From Catajapyx aquilonaris (lineage: Eukaryota), in the NCBI GenBank assembly GCA_000934665.2, contig JYFJ02001014.1, positions 62,001 to 96,215 on the forward strand: 34,215 bases of DNA, given 5' to 3'. The notes beneath the pieces were generated by a model. The model did not search any database, was not told the DNA's origin, and worked only from the letters and a program-made list of their open reading frames with translations. This document shows positions 24,801 to 34,215 of the stretch, in pieces (positions within the stretch are counted from its first letter, which is position 1; every line of letters starts with the position of its first letter). The position numbers and the translations under genes were made by a program.

Positions 24801-26834
24801 AATCTACTCGTAATCCGCGGGCCTGTGCGGGAAGCGAATTACATGATGAGTGCTGGAATCACAATTATCCGTTTCCTTCATGCCGGAACAGTTGGGGCCT
24901 AATCAGGCATTCTGGTTTTCGTTACTGAAAAATGCTCTCCCAGGACCCGACCTCATGTTTTATATGTCGGGCCGGCGGAAAAGAGGAATTACGCTTCTGG
25001 TCCAATTTGCACATCCAGCTCAAAATGGAACAAGCTGCTGTATAGTTGCAACTGCTATTTGTTCGGGAAATAGTCGCGGCGTTCAGTTTCTGCCATTTTC
25101 AACACTTCGCCGGAGCCTTCTGCCGGATTATAATCCGGCCCGGTACTATAACGCTTTAGATTTACGCATCTGCTAATGTATAAGTCAGGCGGTTTCCACG
25201 AAGGAATAATTTGTGGATTCGGGGCCTGCGAAATTCCAGCGCAGTCCCCGCTCTCTCAAATTGTGCCTTTGTAAACAACATTTTAATCTCGTTTGTGGTA
25301 TGAGCCAGAGCTGCTTTGCCCGGATGATTTTACTAGTCCCGTTGCCGTGGGAACACAACCTTTCATATAATACTTGCGGGCAAGAAAAAAAAAAAAGTCG
25401 AATTTTTTTCTCGCGGAATGAGACCTGCGTTTTTTTTTACCCCTCTTCTCTCACTTACGTATAACCAAGCTGACTTTGTTTTATTATTGCCAAAAAGTTG
25501 ACGTCCGCTGTGCACAAAGTTTTGCGTCGAACTAAGCTACAGTTTCCAATTTTTTTAAAACGTAAGTTGAGCCTAATTTGCACAAGAGATGCCACACATA
25601 TATGGAAGCGTTGCTAGGCTAATGGAGATTTCTAAGGTTATGATACTGCATGAAGTACGCAGCAAATTATTGTATACAATACATCAAATTGCTGAGGGTA
25701 AATACTACGCGCCTATGAGAACGTGCGTAATGAGCATGCAGCATGCACAAATTGCATATTTAAGCACGGATCACGTTCCCATAATTTGAAATAAACTCAT
25801 ATTCTGTTTAGGAAATCGCTTGAGCTATGAGTTTTGCCTATGACTAAATGAGTACATTGATGGCACTGTACAGTATTGAAGTGTTTTTTTTTCAACTAAT
25901 TAGTGCACTACCTATACTGTCCTCAGCGGTGTTTACCCCAGCAACCACTTAGAGAAGCAACAGTTACGATAGGTGCATATTACTCTCATGGTTGCTTTCA
26001 ATTTAATTAGTTTTTTAAAAACCGATTTCCAGAAGGAACGAGGCACATTGTCCCCTCTTGAAATGTGGATTCGTGCTGAGGTTTCATTTTGCATCGTACT
26101 TCAGACATTGAATTGAGACTGAACGTAAACCTTTTTTGATGGTGTCATCAAATCCTTGGAACAGGTGCTACTATTTGTCTTGCGTCGATTGACAGGCCAT
26201 GTCCATTGCCCCTGCGGAAGAAGGAAAAAAAAAAATCCTCCAACAAGAAAAAGGTATCAGCTGCTCCTCCGCCTCTTATAAAGAAAACCGGGTTGGATTG
26301 GTCTGTCAACCCGGATGATATCTCTTGTTTACGAATCGTGAGCCGGACTCCGGAGGCACTTTTTCCGGGGCATCCACCTCTTTTCCATCACAATTTGTCG
26401 CACGCCATGTATATACAGTATATCGGTGCAGTTTTGCTCTCGGGAGAATTTGTGCAGGGAGGACACTTGCGTCGCAGAGGCGTGGGTGTAAATAAGACGT
26501 GGTTGGCATTAGCCTAATGAGCGCGCGGCAAATGGGCTGCACCTAATGAAAGTCATAAAACATGCGGGGAAAGTAAGTCAAGAGAAGGATAGGTCCCGCT
26601 GTATTTTATTGCATAGGAAACAGGACTGGTATTACTCTTCTTCTGCCTGAATCGCGAAACAATCCCGATCTATTTTTCGCCCCCTGTAATGTACTGTTTC
26701 AATAAGGGACGAGAGACATGACAGTTTCTCCTGGGCGCTTAAATGTGTAATATTGACATATTTTATTCACGTTATGTCGGAATCTTTTGCACTCGGTGCT
26801 GCCAGAGTTTACTGTATGCAGGCCAGACGTTACA

Positions 26835-26839
<5 letters not shown>

Positions 26840-26900
<61 letters not shown>

Positions 26901-26915
26901 CCCCCCCCCCCCCCC
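26840..26915. repeat. (CT)29 microsatellite followed by C18 run
   Basis: Read directly; an N follows at 26918. Confidence 0.97.
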
Positions 26916-27451
26916 ACNATGGTGCCAAACTCTTATAACTTTTAGATCCGAGGGCATTTGGAAGGTTTCAGCATCTGTCGCTCTCTCTCACATAACAAAA
27001 AAATGCTGGCGCTCTCTACTTATCAGTTTGTGGCGTTTTAACTACGAGTGGCGCCAACGGAATGGTTGAAGTCTAGCGCTGGCTAGCGGTGGTCTAGCGG
27101 TGGTAGCAGGTTGGTGTGATGTGAAAGGGGAAAGTGAAAGAGAAAAGGAGGAAAGAGAGGAAGGGAAATAGCATTGCATTCTTGCCATCTCATGAAAAAT
27201 AAAGAAACAGGACTTAGGCTGTTTTGCACAACGTTTTGCAGACGAGCTCTTCAATATTGTGGAATGATGTGGACACTATGTTTAAAACCAAATTATTATT
27301 AAACTTCAGCAAAAATTTACAGTTAAAACAATCAAATTACAATATCTGAATTTATTTTTCTGAATATCTGAATTTTGCGTTTTCCGCGCCGTCCTTATAC
27401 TCTGGCTGTCTTGATTCTGATGCCCAGCAACCCATCTGAGCAGGTAGTCGG

Positions 27452-27759
27452 TTATTTGGTTATCATGGTGTTCCGGGTATGGTCATCCATCAGGCCAACC
27501 TTCCATCCGGTCTCCGAGTGGACATGACTCCCTCGGACGCTCATCGCCGGGCTTCTCTGGCTCGTTCCGGACTGCAACTTATGCACCAACAAAAAAATAA
27601 AAATAAAAAATAAAGGCCATAGGCCATGCATGGGTTAGACAGGAACTTTGCCTTGTGCACAGGTAGCACTAGTGAAGATGTAGGGGCTGAAAGCGAAGAA
27701 GAAGCTGTCATGCAAGAGTCATGTAAAAGCAGTAGCAAGAGAAAAGCAGCAGTCAACAT
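27452..27759 (-). other. Candidate two-exon small ORF (27759-27652 plus 27571-27452, 75 aa) with hydrophobic N-terminus
   Basis: Acceptor TTATTGCAG|GC-ATG; MLTAAFLLLLLLHDSCMTASSSLSAPTSSLVLPVHK; an 80-nt intron with non-canonical AAG|GCAAAG donor, CTAAC, a long T tract and TTGCAG; then SGTSQRSPAMSVRGSHVHSETGWKVGLMDDHTRNTMITK*. AATAAA at 27356-27351 is followed by U-rich sequence. Confidence 0.25.
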
Positions 27760-28152
27760 GCCTGCAATAATGAAGTACACAATTAAATATGCTGCTATTA
27801 TGCGTCGATTCTATCCCTGCCCCCAACACACTGTATATGGCACATTTTTATTATCACCAATCAGAGCAAGAGATCTAAAAATATCGTAACTGAAACAGGC
27901 ACTCCAAGTGTAATACTGTATAATAGAATATGCAAGGAAGTAAAAGAAAGTTTCTAGAAAGTCTACAGAAGGTGTATAGGCATTCAGTATAGTATTTTCA
28001 TTGTGATTGTGAAGAGATAGGTACCCACCATGTTCCTGCGTAGGAGGGAATACCTGAGCACCAGCAAGGTCACCCTGAACTGAAGGGCCAGCTTCTAATA
28101 ACTTCGTCTGATAGATTACAATAGTGATTATTTGAGTACAATAAAGAGATAT

Positions 28153-28174
28153 GGGGGGGGGGGGGGNGGGGGGG
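28153..28174. repeat. Poly-G run containing an ambiguous base
   Basis: G14-N-G7 read directly; likely assembly uncertainty. Confidence 0.9.
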
Positions 28175-28276
28175 ATTTGTCACACCTGCAGCTGTAAGAC
28201 TCTTCTTATTTTGAGCAGAGTTTGAAAAAAGATCTACCGACACCCAATTTCTACGTGGTGTAACGGATGTATAAAT

Positions 28277-28524
28277 AAAAAGCAAGTTTAGCGACCTAAT
28301 GTGCAATATTGAAAAAGATATTAGACATTTCGTTGGCACTAGCAATAACTAACCTCCTTCTGTTGTGCGATGACCAGTGGTTGCCACGTGGATCCTGCCC
28401 ATTTTGATGAATGCAGACGACGAATGAACACTGTTGCCGTCAGGATCGAAGCATTCAGGAGGTACGGTACGGTGAACCCTGTGTTGGTTATCAATATTGA
28501 GAAGCACTTAATATGCCGCATTAG
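28277..28524. repeat. Local repeat module, copy A
   Basis: 28277-28472 aligns by eye with 32060-32256, the core 28354-28472 with 28595-28710, and 28473-28524 with 28858-28916. Confidence 0.9.
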
Positions 28525-28592
28525 ATGCCTCTCAATACTGACGACCACCTGCAGGAGTTGACCTCTCCAGTCACCTGTCATAGTACTATCAT

Positions 28593-28916
28593 ACCTGCTT
28601 CCGTTGTGCAATGACCAGTGGTTGCCACGTTGGTCCGGCCCATTTGGATGAATGCAGACGACGAATGTACACTGGTGTCAGATCCAAAGCATTCAGGAGG
28701 TACGGTACGGCCACAACACTCGACACGAACAGTATGAGGAATGAACTAAAAGCATCAACTGAAGGCGATTGGAATTACCAATGCTAGAACATGGTAATTG
28801 ACCATTCGCCTTGAGCGGATACTCTCATATTTCAATGTAAGGAGGCACCATGATCAATGAACCCTGCTGTGTTGGCCATCAGTACTGACATACACTTAAT
28901 ATCATCGCCACATTAG
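28593..28916. repeat. Local repeat module, copy B (tandem to A)
   Basis: Shares the TGACCAGTGGTTGCCACGT...GATGAATGCAGACGACGAATG...AAGCATTCAGGAGGTACGGTACGG core with A, CCACAACACTCGACACGAA (28711-28729) with C, and the TGAACCCTG...CATTAG tail with A. Confidence 0.9.
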
Positions 28917-31900
28917 GGGTCGTGCAAATACCACGTGACCGATTTTAGGACACTTTTTGACCCCGCCCCCGTGACTGACCGTGGTATCCATTGGAACCCC
29001 CCCCCCTTTTTTTGTGTAAATTTATCATAATGTAAATTTTATCAGGACAAACGCGATCGCAAACGATAGCTCCTCAACTAAACCGTTTAAGCACGCAAAA
29101 AACATGTCTCCCCGTGTTTTAGGGGTCGCTGATTTCGAATTTTAGGTTATTTTGAATCTGGACCTACTGTACAAAAAAGTTGCAATGGAATTTAAGTACT
29201 TCTAGAATAAACACCATAAGTAGGTGCAAATAACATTTCCGAATGCTTTCGCGGTCACTGATTTTGATTTTGGCGTTATTTTAAACCAATACCTACAGGG
29301 TGTACCAAAACACGGTCGAATTTAAGAGCTTGTATAGGATTAATGGTATAAATGATCGCAAATTATGTTCTTAATTAATTACGAGGGTTACTAAAAGAAT
29401 GAAATCATGGCTCTATTTACTAATGATTTTTAAATTTTTATGAAATAATTCTTTAAATCATTTTATCTTTTGCTATTCGTTTGTTAAACCCTATCCTGCA
29501 AAAGTGGCTAATCAAGACTAAATCGTCAAATTGCTGTTATGGTGACCTTCAGGGTGTACTGTAACTGTGTCATAGTTACGGCGACCAAACCATAAAGGCT
29601 CTATGCCAATCTTATCATCCACAATTATTATACAATAGCTAATCAAAATCAAGACTTTACATTTACTGCCCTCGCGCAAGGAACGTCCAATCCAAAGAGC
29701 ACGATTTAAGGTAGTTCTTGCGCTAAGACGAAATGGTGGCAGAGAATTTAAAATTACACCAGTTGTTCCCTGTTATGTGACTAATGAGCCTGTAAAATAT
29801 AAAGAACTTCTACTAAATACTTTCGGAGATATTCATCTCTGAACTTGAGGTCTTATACATGGCGGCTTATGGAGAGGGGCATCCAGGAACCTATATTTCC
29901 CCCCGTAGATCCCGTGAAAATGGTGCCACGATCACAAAAAACTAATCACTGTGTAGCCACATTCGTACCAAATTATTTTGTCACAAGAAACCAATACGTC
30001 ACCAGGCCCGTTCCTCCACAATTCCTTCAAAACTGCGGGGTAGTCACGGCGCCCAGCGATGACTTGGCAACGCAGCTACAACAATATAGTAGGGGGCGCG
30101 CGTTTTGAAAGTCCCAGGCATCGCGCTGAGCTCGTTTTAAGAGTATAAAATTAATATATAGGGCTCGTTTAACTATATAGGGATGTGCAAGAGTTAAAAG
30201 GGGCAATAATAATAATTTTAATAATATATTTTAATAACAATAACAATAATTTTATTAAAATATCGATATACTGTAATATCGATAGTTGGGCTAACTATCG
30301 AGTACTTGATATATCGCTGGGGGGAAATATCGATACATCGAAACATCGATACGTTGTTGATCAGGCCTGCCAACGTGTGCAACGTTGCCGGATTTCCCGC
30401 ACTTTTTCCGGTATTTGGAACAGCCATATTTCTGCTCTTCTCCGGGACAAAAGTGCACGAGGGAATTATTATCCCTCAAATAAATGTTCACGTAACGTAT
30501 CCGACGCGAAACACGTACTCAAAACTCTGTTTCAGAGAAATACTAGCAGAAATGTCTTACAATCGCAGAAGTTGGTATTGGCCAGCTCGCCCCATGTATA
30601 AACATAGGCTCAACACCCCTCCCCCTTCCCTCCGTTTCCAAGCGCAAGAACTACCTTAAGAGAATTTTACGTTGGAGAAATTACTTTTAATATTTCAAAA
30701 TGAACCGAACTCTGAGAAGCAAGTGGACAGTGCATACGTTATATATTAAAGTTATGAGCCCTACACTCAAACCATGAAACAAAAAGCAGTCCACGAGACG
30801 CACCAGCAGGTCCCGATTTTACTTTTACAAACGCACAGTCGGATATGGAAAAGAGGAAAGAGACAATAAACGCGCACAAAAAGTATGGAAGTTGCCTACG
30901 TGCAGAGGGAAACTACTACCCTACTATTGCAATATCATGTAACACTCGAATTAATTAGGGTTTAAAATGCCATGCAGGAGGCATTTATAATTTATACTAA
31001 TGTATCAAAAATGAACATTCGTCACCCACATGACAAATAGACGAATTCAACATTTGCATAATTTCTCAGGAATGCCAAAAGCAACCTGCAAACTGCTCTA
31101 GAAAAAATGAGAATGCCGTATAAAATGATGCAAAATGGGGACAGTGCACAAAGCGTACGTCCCATGCTCAAGAGGCACGTGTTAAGCATGTATCAACGAT
31201 ATTATTGATGCGAATTCGCCCCTTTTGTCAGCTTTTGCTTGGACTAAGTGATTGTTGCAAAAATGACGTATATCGGTATGTGGCGTGCACAAAAATGGAA
31301 TTTTTCCAGACTATCATGTTGCATGAGAATGACAGGTTTGGTAAGGAACATAAGTGAGCCAATAATCTTCGTGATGCTGATGCCCTTTTGATTTCCGGCT
31401 CTAACTCTGACGTCATTTGTCCCATGACCACCCCGGTTTGTCAGAATGCGACGCAACACTTGACAATGCTGGCAGTGGCCATAACTCAATGTTGGAGAAA
31501 AATGCTTAATTTGCCTATTTGTCATATAAGCGATGATATAATTATGTCCTAGGGAACGGCTCTGTCCGTACGTGGACAGTTATCAGGGCCTAAACAACAA
31601 GAGTAGCGACAAAAGATTTTCGGATTCACATTCAGCGGACCCTAAGTAGGTTTTGAATTTTCATCGCAATGAGAAAGAGACTACACAAATCACGTTCACG
31701 TGTGATTTGCCTATCTTGTTTAGAGTCCAAGCTTACTCGTTGACACTTCTCAACTGTGGGCTAGCATATGTGAAGAACTAGACTCACGCGGGGTGGGGGG
31801 CTATTTCGTCAAAACAGCAAATAATTTGATATTTTATCGACCAACAATGAAGCCAGATATTTGTGAAAATAATTTTCAGAATTTGACGAAACCCTGGTAA

Positions 31901-32011
31901 TATCCATTCAAAAATATCGACGCCTAAATACGCGAGATCATTACTCCATTACCCACATACAAAAGTTAAAAAGTGACGAAATAGGTACACTGCTACAGTA
32001 TAGTTACGGTC
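28916..32011. mobile_element. Nested mosaic of DNA-transposon fragments between repeat copies B and C
   Basis: Homology to copy A stops abruptly at CATTA|GGGGTCGTGCAAATACCACGTGACC, which resembles a TWA-target GG-ended TIR. Internal terminus-like motifs include GGGGTCGCTGATTTCGAAT (29122) with an inverted relative near 31623-31642, TACAGGGTG (29294), hAT-like ends at 30178 and 30362, and the inverted pair CTATTTCGTCA (31801)/TGACGAAATAG (31974). TTA occurs at both 28913-28915 and 32012-32014. No transposase ORF. Confidence 0.55.
30178..30420. mobile_element. hAT-like fragment(s) with a subterminal ATCGAT array
   Basis: TAGGGATGTGC start at 30178; TATCGATA at 30261, 30277 and 30328 plus variants at 30296, 30336 and 30344; CAGGCCTGCCAAC at 30362 resembles CAGGGTTGCCAAC-type hAT ends. 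Confidence 0.45.
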
Positions 32012-32059
32012 TTAGGGCGGTTGTACGACAGCAACAAAAGACTAGCAGTCCAAAAATTT

Positions 32060-32275
32060 AAAAGCAATTTTAGCGAACTACTGATTGTGCATTATTGAAA
32101 AGGATATTAGTAGACATTTTGTTGGCACTAGCAATAACAAACCTGCTTGTGCGATAACCAGTGGGTGCCACGTTGGTCCTGCCCATTTTGATGAATGCAG
32201 GCGACGAATGTACACTGATGCCGTAAGGTTCGAAGCATTCCGGGGGTGCGGTACGGCCACAACACTCGACACGAA
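32060..32275. repeat. Local repeat module, copy C
   Basis: Direct-orientation homologue of A (28277-28472) and B (28593-28729), with scattered substitutions and a 5-nt deletion next to ACCTGCTT. Confidence 0.9.
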
Positions 32276-34215
32276 TAGCACAAGTCCGTCACTGACTTGT
32301 TAGGATCGCCCCGAGAAGACGCCCATAGCCTACTGACTTGTCTGGAGAACTGTGAGCGTCGCTTCCTGCTGCTTTTTCTGTCCACGTCGGGGTAATATGA
32401 TTTTTGCGAAAAATAACACATTCTCCATGGTGACTGAACAGGAAACCCGAATACGGACCGGCAATTTAGCATGCCTAAAAGGTCTTCCAAAACCAGAAGG
32501 ATATAGAGTTGATATGCTCTTAGCTTCTGCTTTATTGCATTTACCGTGGGATTTCCTTTTGCGCGCCACACTAAGAAGCACTAAAAGAATAGTGTGGTGA
32601 AATATGCCAGGCAGAACTGGAAATGCAATTAGGATTTCCGAAGGCAAGAAAATTTCGTATTAACTCACCCTGGGGCTATATTCATTCTGAGTGCTCTAGC
32701 AATTGTGTATAGGTGAAAGGGGTTTGTCCCAGTAGCCTTCACCTTGATGGAGAGGTGATTGTTGCACAGCACCACGATACTACTGTTGGAAACTTTTATT
32801 ATTGACATCGACATTGATCGAGCTCTCACAGCTCTAACAAATCGAGGCGGACGCACCAAAATATACCGGTATACTATCCAATTACGGTAAATCCCGTCCG
32901 GAAAAATGTACCTCATACAATAACTGCTAATTACAACCAAATCATGGTACGTTATTGCATACTGGTACTTTGAACAAAATATGTATTATTAATTGGTAAC
33001 TCAGTGCCCAGCGCTTCCATCACTCTTCTTTACCTGATCAACTCACCAACAAACACGGAATCCAGCCCCTATACCCGACATTATGAGATGTCCTTGTAAC
33101 ATTTAGGCTGGAAATGTGCGATCCACACTAACAACATCAGGGTATAGTTGCATCGGAGTCACAAAATTAGCTCACAGTGCCGCGTGGGCTTTGAGAATGT
33201 GACTGAAATTCTGAGGTCAAAGCTCTGAGAAGTGATTCAAAGCTCGCAGAAGTTATTCCTTGCTACTCCTGTTTGAGGCAGCAATCCCCTTTTGATAGTT
33301 GGTGCGCATGAATGGATGCCATATGGTTCAAGGAAGGGAGGCTTGCTCATTCAGCAGTCATGGAACCCATACATGGGAGGCAGGAACTTGGCGTTAATTG
33401 GCGACGCACATTCAAATGTTATGATTATACCCGACCTGATGGTACAAAATAATGAAGGTTGGAATTTGCATTGTGCTCGTTTATGCATATGTGAAACAGT
33501 TAAGTTACGCGTGGTTTTTGTTGGCACCACAATTATTTGATTGCGGCATTTAAAAAAATGAAGTTTTCAGCACACACAATTTCAGCGAAACTATTTGCAC
33601 ATTTCACGGATAATAAAGTGTTTTTTGGTGCATTCTGTGGGAAAATATTGTGCTTGTGTCAAATTATTGTGTTTTGCCAATTATATGGAATTCGTTCAAA
33701 ATAAATAAAAAGCAAAAATCCTCTGAATATGAAGTGAACATAATACATCCGCTGGGTATTATTCAAGAGAGATACTATACTATAATTGAAAAGATATTTC
33801 ATTGGAGGCAGTGCACGACTTATTTCGTCTGATTAAACTTTATGCATAGTAGCGTAACAATCTACCCAGTAATTACATGCTTCCAAAGGCTGTTGTATAT
33901 GAAAACTTGATATTAATAGTATACAGTATGGACTGGTGTAATATATTGTATCACAATAGACGATTGGCACAATATTATCGCTGGTTCTTCCCCGTGCATT
34001 TCATGTGAGTTAATATTAATTTTCATCGATAGTACATTTTTGACTTGAAAAACACGATATTAATGTGCGAGCAGGAAAAGTAGACCCATTTCGTATCGAG
34101 CTGCAGATAATTTCGGAGCTTAAAACCAGAAAAGTGCCCATTAACATAATTTCCATCCTCCCACTTTCTTCCAAGGCTCAATCAGCACTGTTCCCGGGTC
34201 AAAAGCTCCCTGTGG

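Noticed and set aside
19264..25353. Scattered Su(H)-type YGTGGGAA sites
   Set aside because: Not clustered or paired; cannot be distinguished from background by eye.
26699..27069. ORFs with ER/LS repeats and poly-P/G
   Set aside because: Artefacts of the (CT)29 and C-run tract.
1120..29915. Partial matches to conserved miRNAs: TAAGGCACG (1120, miR-124), TGGAATGTAA (16841, miR-1), GAGATCATT (18321, bantam), CCCGTAGATCC (29902, miR-100)
   Set aside because: Matches end after 9-11 nt and I saw no precursor hairpin around them.
28354..32275. Repeat module as a CRISPR array, SINE or C/D snoRNA
   Set aside because: Units are over 100 nt, diverged and irregularly spaced. There are no Pol III A/B boxes or tail, and TGATGA/CTGA boxes are not jointly kept across copies.
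32330..32647. ORF segment AEAKSISTLYPSG...NVLFFAK resembling Helentron Rep motifs
   Set aside because: Similarity is marginal, no HUH or helicase motifs are nearby, and part of it falls inside a well-formed candidate intron (32544-32475).

Overview
This is eukaryotic genomic DNA from an animal, most likely an arthropod. It is largely intronic or intergenic and has no prokaryote-type operons, CRISPR arrays or recognisable RNA genes. Nearly all ORFs in the supplied six-frame track look spurious. The one confidently identified gene is absent from the track in its correct frame: the first two coding exons of the peroxin PEX11 on the minus strand (686-631 and 552-437; MEVWVKLNSSASGRDKVAR-LVQYGSRAVWYLLEERKKGLDTMEKLKSLDGILSMFRR...). 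It appears to continue off the left edge. Upstream is a short promoter-like region with two YY1/Pho-type CAAGATGGCG motifs, probably shared head-to-head with an unidentified plus-strand gene. Candidate tiny first exons of that gene (1218-1224, 5170-5191 and weaker ones) are scattered over about 25 kb. That stretch also holds a small non-autonomous Helitron (1747-1971), microsatellites, a decayed RTE-like LINE fragment (~21330-21860) and solo DNA-transposon ends. The last ~7.3 kb (26915-34145) differs in character. It shows a chain of minus-strand splice signals bounding 50-120 nt introns, including a module present in three diverged copies that all keep the same splice donor. It is interrupted by a ~3.1 kb nest of DNA-transposon fragments containing a cluster of TATCGATA (DRE) palindromes. 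This putative antisense spliced unit is the best candidate for something undescribed, but it rests on inference. I found no clearly novel protein-coding system.
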